Shown here: positions 38,031-51,762 of the stretch, in pieces
Layout of the letters: each line of letters begins with the position of its first letter
How positions within the stretch are numbered: position 1 is the first letter of the stretch
NCBI GenBank assembly: GCA_032718475.1
Contig: JAUCBJ010005161.1
Location: 1-57,966, forward strand
Reading direction: 5' to 3'
Source: Nemertoderma westbladi
Taxonomy: Eukaryota > Animalia > Xenacoelomorpha
DNA length: 57,966 nucleotides
Notes under the pieces: generated by a model
Told to the model about the DNA's origin: nothing
Database searches by the model: none
The model's input: the letters and a program-made list of their open reading frames with translations, nothing else
Position numbers and translations under genes: made by a program

Positions 38031-41000
38031 GTTAAAAAACACAAATGTGCTGCGAGCCATGGGCCGGCGCGAATAGTTGTTAATGAAGATATATATAACC
38101 TAATAAATAAGTGGATTCGGTTCGGTTTAAAAAAAAACATATAAAACATGTTAAAATTCCCAAAACAGTGTGTGCTGGTCCCAAAGGCAAACGCGTCACG
38201 AACTCTTATCAACTACTCACTCGACTATGGAAGTTGGCCATGCCAATGTCGACTTCGAAATATTGCAGCACGTCCGTCAGACACGGCCTCACTTGGCTAA
38301 ACCAACGATTTACTACGTCAGCCAATGATGAATCAGCAATAGCTCGTCATATGGCCCACTCGGTGGAGACCCAGAGGAAAGCATATGGGACAGCGAATAT
38401 ATCCGAGGAGGCATTTAATGCCTTTGATCATATACAAAATATTATGATCGGCGAATCTGTTGAACTTCCCGATCGACCGAATGATTCAATCAATCCAGAG
38501 CGCGATCCACATTCGCCAGAAAAATTAGGAAAGCGGATAAAGACCACATGGTGTAAAAGCTTTTGCGGGATATAACTGGCCCTTTTCTCCGCAATGTACT
38601 GTGTAAGGTGTTTTTAGAGGACATAACTAGCGATTTATCCGCTGTGTCTGCATGTGTGCTTTAGCGGACATAAAAAGCCAGTTTTCCCACAATGCGCTCA
38701 AATACTCTAAACTACCTAACTCAAATGACGCAATCTACCAACCGATTTGCTGTACGCCTATAGGCTCTTTGTTCTGTTTGATCAACCAATCAGAACAATG
38801 ATCCACCAATCAGAGCGATTTCGCCTTGTGTTGAATATGGGCTGCAAAAACCCGAATAGTTCGGCATTTAGACATTCGTGGAACCTACAGAATCTGGAAC
38901 TCGGCCAATGAGAGCTGTTTCTCTTTGTGTTGAAAGATACCTACAACAGCCCAGAGGGATCAGTTGTGTTGGTTTTTTCCGAGCCTAGAAGACCGGCTTT
39001 GGAATCTCTGTGTTTTTCAGGCTTTAGCCCAACATTAGTAGGCTTAATCATAGAAACGTATATCTGTTATCTTACTCACCTAATCATATTGTCAACTACA
39101 AACACCGCATTTTACTGCTATTTACTGTCGGTCATTAATTATATCAGTTGATGGAATATTATTATATTTGGAATATCGATAAATAATTATAAAACCCTCA
39201 ATCTTCTTGATATACTGAAGGTAAGAGAGACCTGTTACATATAACGATTGCGACTTACATTAAAGTGGTTTTGAAGTGAATATAATGCTATTTCATAGGC
39301 ACTACATGTATCGGTCGTTGTTCTCTTTATATGTGACTAAATTAGTGAAGGTCGGCAGATCGGTGTGCAGCATTGTGCAGTAGTGTGCATGATTGTGATT
39401 GATAACAAAGCATCTCCTAAAGAATGCGCTATATACGTGAATCCATAGCCATCCCATTGTGTCTAGTGTAAGTCATAACTCTGTTTACATATTTAGAGCG
39501 CCACGTCCTAAAGGAACTGTTAATATTTCCCGAAAGTGAATAATATTTGTCAGAGATTATATATTACGATCAGTCGAATAATACAGTAGGCCTACACCGC
39601 AATAAGGTTAGGATTCCGAATCCAGTCTCCCGGGTATATCCAGCGGGTGAATGGTCGCGCATAGACTGGCTTCGGCTAATGTAGTGTATCAAATACTCGT
39701 CATAGGCTAAAGTCGATTTACAATCTAGAAGACATCCAAATTTGGCAGGTTAAACTGCTAAAGGTCTGAATTTGGCAGGTTAAACTGCTAAAGGTCTGAA
39801 AGCGCGAACACATGGACTGCGACTGAAAACGCAATAATGTTGGACCTCTTCCAAAGTGAATTGGCTGGCAATCGAGCAGTCAATTTACAAGATAAACTGC
39901 GGAATTCAACACAGTATTTTGACGGCAAAACTGTAAAGAACATATATGCGCGACTCAATGTTATAAACTGCAAATGAAACAACGAGATTCTAATAAATAA
40001 TCTGATTTACGCTTCAACTGTGAAACGAATTTTTGAATTGAGTTAGGGGGTGTATATCCATCCAATGTATCTTATCTATGTAATGTAACTGTTGGAATTT
40101 AAATGTAAGTGTAACTGTATCTTATCTATGTAATTGTTGGAATTTAAGTCTCATTGGAAGTGTAACTGTTGTAATTTTGTTTGTGTTTATTAAAAAAAAA
40201 TACCGCCGCTATGATCTAACAACCATTGGTTTTATCCTGAGCTTCATTAATTAAACGGGGGTTTAATAAAATAAAACTTAAGTTTTTATTAAGAACAACA
40301 TATTATGGTGCAGTTAAAGAGGCGGTTTATCAATTTAAAAACCACTGGTTAATCCTCTATAAATCCACATTTTTTCCCAGATTAATCGTTTCTTGCCTTT
40401 TAACAAACCCTGGGTTTTTTGTCTGCGGAAAATGCCGGTTTTTGTTAAAAAATATGCTATGCAGAAAGCGGCAATTTTATAGTAAATAAACTGGGTTCTG
40501 TTTTATCAGTGTAGGCACTATCCAGCACTCACCTCAGCCTTGCATCCATAAAAATTAGCTTAATATGTATAAGTTTCCTCTGGGGAGTATATTTCTGGGG
40601 GGACCGCGCTGGAATCAATTCGTCTCAATTTGTGCATAATACCTGGCCTAACGGCTGAAGAAAACTTGAATTTACATGAGAAAATAAATATGTTGTGAAG
40701 ATAGGACGGCTCTTCTCAGTACCTGACCTCTCTATGTTACATTTTGTGTTTCACAGTATAATTATAATTTATATGTTTAAAATACAAAACGTCAATGCCC
40801 CCCCCCCCCCCCCCCCCCCCACAAGGGCAGCTCGAAGTAGCTTCGTAATCGGATGTCCCCAAATAGTAGACAAGTCATCAGTAATACAAATCCTGCGGTG
40901 GGTATATTCGAAAGGCAGATAATAATAATTGAATCGCACATCGAAAGTGCATTTTGTGATTGACCCGTTACCACATAATTAAACTGTGAATGGTAGGCCT

Positions 41001-41104
41001 ATTTGTTTGTTTATTATTATTTATAATTTGTTTTGTGATTGTATTGTTGCTTGGCAACGGCAATGGAAAATCTTTCATTGTATATATTTTTATTCATTAG
41101 ACTG

Positions 41105-42071
41105 ATGCCTGGCATGTATTTGATTCACCTAACATATGAAAAGTTGCAAAACCGCGTAAGTATGAGCTACAGTAAGAACGCTAAATAAAACAATAAGGTA
41201 GCAGTTTGTGACGGTTTGTATTTTAAACATATATATAAATTGTACATAACAAAAATACAAACCGTCGCAAAATGCTACCTTATTATTTTATTTAGTTTTT
41301 TTCAATAAAGTCAATAGAGAACAGGTTACAGTTTTATATTTGGAAGTAATAAACTGTTATTTGCGTTTCCCCTGGTGAGGGATGAATTTTGATTGGGTCG
41401 AAAGTCCCCCCCCCCCCCCTCCCCCTCCTATCTGTATAGCTGATAACTCATATAAACAGTAAAGAGTAAAAATTTATCTACATTGGTACAGTAAGACCTT
41501 TTTTTCTTCTCGAGATACATTTTATAATTGATATATATAATTGAATTATTAATTAATTAATTATAATTGAATAATGACGGTGTAATGCTACGTTTGTATT
41601 TTGAATCTACATATGCAAAATGTAATGATATTAAACGTTAAGTAAATTGATATGTAATTTTTAGCATTGATTCACCCATGCATTAAACAAATAAATCCAC
41701 TTAAATTATCTTTTAAATTAAATGTGTAAGTCATTTTTTGATAATTTTAGAAATTACATATTTTTAATTATTTTACTATTGAAATACAGAGTAAATTAAC
41801 AAAACTTAATATTCATACACCTTAATAACTCTTCTAATATATTGGCTTGATTCTAAATTATCGGGATGCTAATTTTATGAAAATTTCCGTGAAAATAATA
41901 TGGCTTGTATGAGTAGCTGACGACTATGTTACATTTTGTGTTTCAATATATGTACAATTTATATATATGTTTAAAATACAAAACGTCACAAAATGCTACA
42001 GTACCTTATCGGTTTTGCGGTTTTGTACCTTTTCATTATTATCTTAGGTGAATCAAATACATGCCAGGCAT
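41105..42071. repeat. Inverted repeat pair (foldback-like element)
   Basis: atgcctggcatgtatttgattcacctaa at 41105 and its reverse complement ending at 42071, each next to the same hairpin core. Confidence 0.7.
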
Positions 42072-42185
42072 AAGTATAATTATAGGTGAAATGTGCCAGA
42101 CCCAGAAGCATAAGGGGCGAGTCATGCGTTAGTGTAAGCCTTCTAGGTATGGCTATCAGTAAATTTAATTAATCTCTATGTATGT

Positions 42186-42554
42186 ATTCATGATACTTAA
42201 ATCTGGTATCGTTAATAAATACTATTTGTATTTCGCTTCTAATATAAGCCAATGTATAGTATTGTTGCTGGATCGCTTTCCAAAATAAGTATGAGTTAAT
42301 AACACTAAATAAAACAATAAGGTAGCATTTTGCGACGGTTTGTATTTTTGTTATGTACAATTTATATATATGTTTAAAATACAAACCGTCACAAAATGCT
42401 ACCTTATTGTTTTATTTATGTTATTATCGTTACTTATCTTAATACTCATACTTATTTTGGAAAGCGATCCAGCAACAATACTATACATTGGCTTATATTA
42501 GAAGCGGAATACAAATAGTATTTATTAACGATACCAGATTTAAGTATCATGAAT
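42186..42554. repeat. ~370-bp near-perfect palindrome
   Basis: ~110-bp outer arms with 1 mismatch seen, inner arms ataaaacaataaggtagcattttg.gacggtttgtatttt, asymmetric central loop. Confidence 0.92.
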
Positions 42555-43625
42555 TAATTACAATATTACTCTATCTGTATTGAAACATGTTCAGATAAGT
42601 AGGGTGGGGAGCAATCCTCTCCAAGGGCGTATAGACGCATAATTTCGTGCAAAAATTAAACAAACATGAGCAATTGACTTTTGTTTAATTGTTTTGGTTT
42701 AGAATCTCTGGTTAAAATTTTAATTATTTTTTCTTCTATCTTTTTTGGTGTATAATTTGATTTGTATTTACAGATTTCACTTTCAGGAATTTCGACCCTT
42801 ACCGGTAAGCTGATGAACTGCCGAATGGTCTGCTTCCTCCCAAACTCGCCGCCTGTGGTGTAATCTACTGTATATATGCGACGCATCAGCTCGAAAAGAT
42901 TAAAAAAAACAAAAAGGCAGAACTTTTTCACCTTCAGAGATTTCACCCCCTACCGGCAGACTGGAAAACTTATCAGCGTTCTCCCAAACACTAATCAAAT
43001 CATGTAGTAGATCTTTCCCAGTATCAGGTCGAAAACACGTTCGTGGGGCCTTCGCGCAGCACGAGGCTCAGCTATGAGATACAAATTATAATTGGGCAAT
43101 TCAATCACAAAATCGGTATTTAGGAAATTAACCCAACCGCAATTAAATCATAGAGGGAAAAGCAGTCTACTCAATAGCAGTCTTACCTATGTTTCCTTAC
43201 ATCTTCCGATATCACTAAATTCCATAATATTGTTATTTCACTTTACTACTAAAGGGTTATTATTTAATAAAGTTAGGGATAATAAAATGTAGCATTTTAT
43301 AGCGGTTTGCATATTCGCTATATGTACAAATTATATATATATAAATAATCTGTGTTTTTAAAGATATCTCGAAAGGCTACCATCACTTCTCCCAAATTTA
43401 CTAACTATATAAGTAGCATAGCCGTCAAATCTTCCCAATGACTGAAGGGTTTTTGTATATTCAGTTTCAGAATACAAAAATTATATGTATATTGACCATA
43501 GCAGCCGAACCATGATGATTTGCAAAAAGCAATTTGTTTCCAATGTTATACATTTTGATTTATTTAATAATAAAATAGTTAAATAAAATGTATTAGATAA
43601 TAATATTAAAATATAAGAAATATTA

Positions 43626-43815
43626 ATATAACATCATATGTATGTCTTTGAAATATATATTAGTGACGGTGCTGCTACATTTTGTGTATATATATATATA
43701 TATACACAAAATGTAGCAGCACCGTATATACCGTAAGACATATATAACATCATATGTATGTCTTTGAAATATATATTAGTGACGGTGCTGCTACATTTTG
43801 TGTATATATATATAT
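43626..43815. repeat. Direct duplication with an embedded 60-bp perfect palindrome (43666-43725) centred on (TA)n
   Basis: acggtgctgctacattttgtg(ta)n cacaaaatgtagcagcaccgt. Confidence 0.9.
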
Positions 43816-46322
43816 GTATAACGCAACGGAACAATAGCATATAGCAGCAGACCCTAACTAGGTAACGCAGTGCGGCTACGGGCTACGGTAGGATGTAGGT
43901 AACACAGTGCGGCTATGGTACCAGCTGCTGTGCAGTCGGCAGGTACCGGTCGTGTGCTGACGTGCACACCCTGCACCGTGTACTGACACACTGTATGTCA
44001 GGTCGACCGTTAGACCATGTGAGACAGACAGACGGTAGGTCCTAACCGGCTGGCGTAGGTTGGATTATGTGCAGCTGCAGGATGTCATGTACTTTGTTTC
44101 GGCGTTTTCAATTCTGCAGGTCTGTGATGGAGCAATATGCCACAACGTGGATATTGGCCCTCATTAGGAAAAAATACTGTGAAACTAAATGACCCTCCAA
44201 AAAAATATATAATAATTTATATAATAATTTAATATTATGCTGTATATAATTACCATATAATAATATATATATAATATGAAACATATCATACAGTACATTT
44301 AATAATAATAATAATAATAATAATAAAAATTATATAGCGCATTTTAACGTGATGATCAAAGGCGCTGGTATTTATATGCAGAATATAGGGGAGTATGTAT
44401 ATGTGTCTATATAAAGCTGTACTCTTATGTAGGCCCTATACTATTTTTAATGCTAAAGTTAAATGCCTTTGAATGCCTTCATTTATTGCCCTTAAAAGAC
44501 ACAAATATATAGTTGTATTACTATTATTGTTGTATTGGGTAGGTCTACATCTAATTGAACGCAACTACCGGCAGACCGGTGCACAAACTACTGCAATATA
44601 TCAACACTCGACAGGGGTAGACCGGTAAAAGCAGTGCAGCGGCTGTGTTACAAGTACTGTAAGTAATCTTAATTTAGCGATATTTTAAACGCAACTAAAT
44701 TTACAATGTATGAAATGACCATATTAATTTCAATATTTATTTTCTCTCGTCTGCATGGATGGTTGTTTTTAGAATATCTTCCATTTGGCGATCCAGTTCG
44801 GTCCAGATTTGTGTAGTGTGACGGGATCTCGGTTGGCGACCGGTTGACTTGGTTATGTTCCCTACGCGCTCGCGCTGGCTACTAGCTGGGTGTATAGACT
44901 GACTGACGTAGCCGAAGGCCGGTGGAATAAAGGAGTTTTTTTCTGATAAATGTTACTGTTAATCGATTGTCTGACTGTAGTAGCGGTTGTGATAATAGCA
45001 CAGCGTAGTGGTGGAAAACTATTTCACCTCTACAACACTGAATAAATTCCAACTGAGTTACAATACACGTGACCGTTAATATATATGTTAAGGGGAAATA
45101 CATTGCCTCCAGTCGATACACTCCCTTAAGTGACATGTGTTGTCCTCCCATTGGCTACTTATCACCCCATGAATCTACTACCCAGCTGTCCCTATTGCAT
45201 CATCCCTTTGCTGGTATGCCCTGTTGGATACATTGATGGCCAACTTGGTAAATCGCATCCCCCCCCCCCCCCCCCCCCATTTTGAGGTTGGAATGCATAG
45301 CGGAATGGATCCGCTAACATGTAAAGTACTATCCGTAATTTAGTCACTTCCGCCACCACTGATATTTTAAATCGCGCCTTCAATCACATGACTTCACTAA
45401 CTATCTCAAATTTAATAGAAATATGTAATTGTGTTTAACTCTTACTTATTTTGTATTCATCAACCCTATAATGTATATCGTATAATCTTTTAAGGTTAAT
45501 GCTTAATAATTTTATGGGAGTAAACTGTATTGCAATTTTTCTTTTTTTGTACAGTATTTAGGCTAATTAGACTTTCTATTTGTGTATATAATGTTTTATT
45601 TTATGCCGTAGCGTGAGCCGTCTCGTTTTTATATTATTTAGTGAGTTTTTATCTGTTTTCGGTTTTAATTTTATTTCAATTGTTAATACGCTGCTATGAC
45701 TGTGGTGTCTCCACCCGAAAAATTAGAAGACCGTTAGGACTTCTTACTGTAAAAGTATTCACTATCTATCTATGTATATATGTACAGTATCTATGTATAT
45801 CGGGTGAACTCCTCCGAAACTATAGCTCGTCCGTCAATGAAAGTTATATCAATCGACGCAGCTCAACCCAGGATGTGGAAAAAAAGGTTTAAAACGAATT
45901 ATTAAAGTGTCTTTTTTTTATTTCGAAAAATAGCCTAAAAACACGAAAATTCCCATAGACTCAACGATAGAAACACCAGCTGCTGGTGTTCTTGGCGGCC
46001 TAGTAGAGCTAATACTATTGATTGATTGGATATGCCCAAACTGCACAGAAGTATATTACTCTCAAGTTTAGTAAGGTTGTGTTTACTCTGTTCCCTTGAC
46101 AGTATTCCAACATAACTGAGTTTGTAACTATTACCCCGCCAGTTGAATAGATCCTCCCAGTGAACCCTACGGGAATATCTCTAATGTTACTCACTGGGCC
46201 GTTCAAATGTTTGATAGGTTAATAATAATGAATGAGGAGGGACCCAACTACACTACGTCGGACTACGACCGACGGTGTTCTTATAGCCATCACTGCTTGC
46301 TGGCTTTTCTAGAATAATAATA

Positions 46323-46880
46323 ATAGTACGGGCTCTGGCGGCGTTAAGCGCAATACCTTCGGTAAATTAACGAGACTATTATTTTTGGATGGAGGACCAT
46401 GTTAGACGTCAGAACACAGTTGGTGATCGGTATAGCTAATTTGCATTCTAGAACTACAGGCCAAAAACAAGCTAGCTAGCCGACCCCTACCTAACTCTAT
46501 GTTGGGCCCTCTGGTTGAATATAAATGCAATCATTTTTTTCAATTGAACATTTTTCTTATAGAGGGAAGACCGGCGATTAATTTAAATACAAATATATCG
46601 CCACTTTTATTTTTTAAATGCAATAAATTTACATGAGAACAAAATACATTCACTTTTTTTAAGAATCCAACATTTACATTAACTGCCATAAAATGTAGCT
46701 ACTTTGGTTTAACACGTTCAAACATGTATCAAAATTTGCGCTAATTATTTCTGCATTCACCCATGCAACTCATTTTGGATGAGTACTAAATCCTCCTAGT
46801 CAATTAGCCCGATTATTATCGGGGAAACGATAATCAGAGAATATTCAGAGAAAGTATACTCTCTGACATTTGGAAATATT
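46323..46880 (+). repeat. ~560-bp interspersed repeat; inverted copy at 51402-53212 split by a Helitron
   Basis: Near-identical reverse complement with few substitutions. Confidence 0.92.
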
Positions 46881-47661
46881 TACTACAGTTACTAAGGTAA
46901 CTAACTATTCTGTGAACGGCACTCCCTTACTGTACATGTATTACCTGGCGTTGTGTAGTTTCTAGGCGACTGACTGTATACACTAAACACGCAGGCACAA
47001 TCAAGTCGTTTTAAAGCAGCCCACTGTGTTTTTTTTTATAAGAGTTAGTAGTTTACAGTATGTACCGCCGATGTTCTTAAAAATTTAGCTATTTAATACT
47101 TATATTCGCAGCGATCGTATGTGAAGGCCGTCCACCGTGGATGGTGGTACTAGTGTGTTTTGTGCATACCCCCCCCCCCCCCCAAATTTGTTATACTAGC
47201 TAGTTTTTATTACTTTTAATGTTCTAGAACATAGTATCTATTAATTTAATATAAAAATTTTGTTCTAGAACAAAATTTTTTTTTTATATTAATTCTATAT
47301 CTTTATAGTAGCTATTTTAAATTTGAAAAATAACGAGCAATATATTCTAGAACGTTATATTTTTTATATTATTTATGTTCTACAATAGTGTATATTATAT
47401 ATTTTGTGTTCTAGAACTCTACAATCTTGCCATGGTAACAGTGACTTATGTTATAAAAAAGTAGTGCTCTGCGGAACTGTTAAAAAATAGCTGATATTTT
47501 TAGAACAGTTTATACTGTATATTGAATATAAAATACATTATGGAATATGGATGTACTAAATCTTAGAAAAGTGTATACTATACTCTATACATTATTTATA
47601 ATGATGACATCCAAACCAGTTTGCATTGTACACTATAAAGACATCAACATATTAAAACCTA

Positions 47662-48928
47662 CGAGAAAGGCATTTCCTAAAGGAAATGCAACCACGAAGC
47701 TAAGGAAAATTAAACATGACGGCCACACTTTGGTTCGTTGCTTAGCCTCATTAAGTAGCAATTGTCAATAATTAACTTCTATTCTCATGGAAACTAGAGT
47801 TCTCTGGAACTGTTGCTTTAACCTTTGAAAAAAGTTCAGTAGAGATTGTGGTTCAGATAACACATATACTGAGTTTCAGAAAATATTGTAGTTTATGTCC
47901 CAATTACCAATTTTCTATCAAAATGCATCTGTTTGCAGTGGTTGTCATGGAAACTGGAAAATAGAACAATGTAATTCGGATGCAGAATAAGTCATATAGT
48001 GGGGGTAGGTGTTGGTCCCAAGTCATAATACTATTAAATTGTGCTTCAAATTATCATTTTATTAATTTTAACATCTGTTTACTCTTGTTGCTATGGTAAA
48101 TGGATTTTCTAATTAACTTCGAACGGCTTGTATATGGACCTTATAGATGAGTTACAAAACCCCAAGTTTATATATATTACAGTTTTGCTAGAAATAGAGT
48201 TATCAATATAGACTTGAATGATATAGAGTTTAATAAACTACAGTTACCATGGTAACTAAATTTCTGGAATGATTTAAGTTTCACTAAAAGTTCCAACTAG
48301 TGGTGCAGATAACACATACCCAGTTTTGTAAAATTTTATCGCGAAGTCTATGTCCAAATGAATAATTTTTGTATAAAAACATCTGTTTTCGGCTGTTGTC
48401 ATGGTAACTGAAAAATAGAACAATGTAATTCGGATGCAGAATAAGTTATATAGTGGGGGTAGGGGTTGGTCTCAAGTCATAACACCTTGCCCTTAGGCCT
48501 CAAATTATCATTTTATAAATTTTAACATCTGTTTATCCCGGTTGCCAACGTAACTGGATTTTCTATTTAGCCTCAATCGGATCTGCTATGGACCTTATAG
48601 TTGTGTTGCAAAACCCCAAGTTTAAATCTATTATAGTTTTCCTACAAATAGAGTTATAAATATTGACTTGAAATACATAGACTTTTTTTGAAGTCCGTTG
48701 CCATGGAAACCAGATTTTTCCTGGATATGAGACCCGGCCCAAAAGATGCGCCTCGCCGAGTAGTATATACATGCAAAATTTCAGGGTACTTTTAAAGGCT
48801 AGTTTTTTCGCCTATCAAAAAACCCCAAATCTGCCTCACACAAGTAAAATAGCCCACTATGAATAGACCATCTCAGCTAAGGAAAATCTTTCTTAGCGAA
48901 AGTAGTTGATTTTCCTTAGCTTCGTGGA
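47662..48928 (-). mobile_element. Non-autonomous Helitron, copy 1
   Basis: Minus strand 5'-TCCACG...; 3' hairpin gcatttcc-ttta-ggaaatgc; terminal CTAG mutated; ~450-bp internal repeats. Confidence 0.85.
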
Positions 48929-51288
48929 TAAAACCAATTACTCAGCATCAATACCAACGAATTTTGCAAGCTCGCACTTTGAGAATCAATAATAATAATA
49001 ATCAATAAATAGATTCACAGATCATGGCTGGAATGATGATGGATCCATCCACTGGTCGGATGAGTATTTCCCTTATGACATCAGCAATATTTTGATAAAT
49101 TGTGACGAGGAACAAGAAAGCGGCAAAGATAGTGACGAAGATAGTGAAACAATAGATAGTGAGGATGAAGCAAGTGATTAGTTTAGGACAACTTTCATGA
49201 TTCATTTGGCATTATTGCCAATGCATTTACATTATACTGTATTAGTAGAAATATATTATATTTATTGATAATTACTAAAATTAAATAGTTAAATAAGCAG
49301 CAAAGTTCTGGCGACAAGGCAAAAAGGCTCTGCAAATCTGATTGCACTACCGGATGCTAAACTTACTACGTATGTGGAGACATACTGTAGGACAGTGAAG
49401 TAGAACATGATGTTCGTCCTGTACAGCTGAGTTGTCGCACTGACAGACTAATGAAGAATTCTAATGAAGAATTAAGTAACTTATAACCAGGAGTGTTTGC
49501 ATTCTTACATAATTTGAATATACAGTGGAAAGGAATATCCATCCATATCTATGTTCTTAAGCATTTATGTAATAAAATTTTTCATAGGGTTAAGAATACG
49601 TTACCTTAATGGTGGAACCCCCAATTCGACTAAACAGAGTTCTATAAGAATTTGTACACGGACATTTAATAGTATTTTACCATCCTACACGCCTTCCAAT
49701 GTTGATATATTTATTACCTTACAGAAAACTATATAAGATATTACTATTCCTTTAATACACCCGATTTACTGATATACCTACTTACTTATATTGTAATATA
49801 TTCATTGATTGCATGGCATTACTGTTCTGTACGTTTCGTTTATGGCAAATTATATTCCCTCTGGTAAACAAAATTTGTTGCTGTTAAATAAATAATTATA
49901 ATTATATTGAAGAAATGACAATTTATTTTAGTAAATATTATTTTCCTAATTGCTAAGAATATTATAACTTTGCTTCGGTTTTTGTCACAACATAATAAGC
50001 TACTGTAGTAGAAAAGTTTGAAAGCGAAAGTATAAATTCTGACTCTCAGAATATCAGTTCCATCTTTGTATTATTTATCTAGGGAGCCCACAACCGGAGT
50101 GCCACCGATTAATTGTTCGGGTAACACTAGATCTTTGAACAATGAGTACAGTTCAGGAGGATCTGTCATAAGAATTTGCAACGATCTGTGACTCAGTTTA
50201 TGTATAAGCGCATGAATTTTGTATAATACATTAAAAAACAATTAATATAATGTAAGGAATCGCCTACACTGGTACACAACATAGGCCTACAGTACATATA
50301 GTTGCCTAGTAACTGTAGTAAACAAGCTGGCAAGCCTGGAGGGTTCACGGTCCTCCTACTTAATCAGTACAATAATAATACGTTTTCATTCGGCATTCGG
50401 GTAGGCCTATGTTTCCTTTTCACTTGTTCCCATCGTAGGCGACCTCATGCTCATCCCACCACGACCACGACCACCAGTTACGAGTTGGGTAGGCGTCTAC
50501 CGGCAACCGGTAAGTAATTACGCGCCACACGACGTCATCCCGCCATCCGCCAACATTTATACCGGTACGGTAAGCCTACCACCTACCGGCTGGCTACCAT
50601 CGCACCGTAGGTCTACCGCCTACGCCTACCGGTAACGGTAGGCTACTGCGTACCGGTACAGCGGTACTCAAAGTCGTACCGGTATTGTCGTAATTGACAA
50701 ATGCAGGATTAAACCGTAACCCGTTCCAGTACCGGTACCATATGCATCTGAACGACTGGACGGTTAATCTCATAGCATAGCTGCATAGGCCTACCGGTAG
50801 TCAGTGCGAAATCGCCTGCGAACATGGCGAAATATTATATTTACTGCTAGGGCTAGGCTAGGACCTACTGCTGTACTGACCTATGACAGTATGAAGATAG
50901 GTAGATAGGCCTACAGTGGTCCGGTAGTACCGGTCCGGTATGCCTACTACAGGCAGACAATCAGACAGTACTAGCAGTGCTAATTAATTACCTTAATTAA
51001 ATCTTCAATTAGGTCATAATATAGGTCCAAATTTAAAAATCGGCCTCCGTTAATCGATTTAGAAATAATTCAGGTACCTCCATGCCAAATATCAGAATCA
51101 TTCATTGCGTTCCCTATGACAAGATAGCTTTTTCCTAAACCATGCGAAAACACGCAAATATAGCGCTCACATCGCACAAATACCATCTCGACACCCAATT
51201 TTTTGTATGAGCCTTCGCCATCCCTATATCTAACTTTTGTCCAAATTTTGTTTCGATTGATTAATAAATAACTGAGATATCGCTCTGG

Positions 51289-51335
51289 ACACACACACAC
51301 ACACACACACACACTAACACACACACACACACACA
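51289..51335. repeat. (CA)n microsatellite within a DINE-like repeat
   Basis: Direct reading of the sequence. Confidence 0.85.
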
Positions 51336-51762
51336 TTACGGTAATAATGGTCACTTATGTCAAGGACCGTGAACCAACACTTATGTCAAGGACCGTGAAC
51401 CAATATTTCCAAATGTCAGAGAGTATACTTTCTCTGAATATTCTCTGATTATCGTTTCCCCGATAATAATCGGGCTAATTGACTAGGAGGATTTAGTACT
51501 CATCCAAAATGAGTTGCATGGGTGAATGCAGAAATAATTAGCGCAAATTTTGATACATGTTTGAACGTGTTAAACCAAAGTAGCTACATTTTATGGCAGT
51601 TAATGTAAATGTTGGTTTCTTAAAAAAAGTGAAAGTATTTTGTTCTCATGTAAATTTATCGCATTTAAAAAATAAAAGTTGCGATATATTTGTATTTAAA
51701 TTAATCGCCGGTCTTCCCTCTATAAGAAAAATGTTCAATTGAAAAAAATGATTGCATTTATA

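Larger units (their letters stand above)
31909..38575 (+). pseudogene. Decayed multi-exon C2H2 zinc finger + tyrosine recombinase gene (Crypton-like element), interrupted by a LINE
   Basis: Acceptors before 31909, 32850 and 33866; ZnF CPIVDCNSCIVNLPRHLRTKH (34176); NGSRHGALENMTKQEF (34937); VKKH|KCAASHGPA across the LINE TSD; SVRHG; IARHMAHSVETQRKAY (38351); stops and frameshifts. Confidence 0.75.

Noticed and set aside
39608-39678. Possible structured RNA or ribozyme (ccagtct...agactgg stem)
   Set aside because: No recognisable tRNA, hammerhead or HDV core by eye
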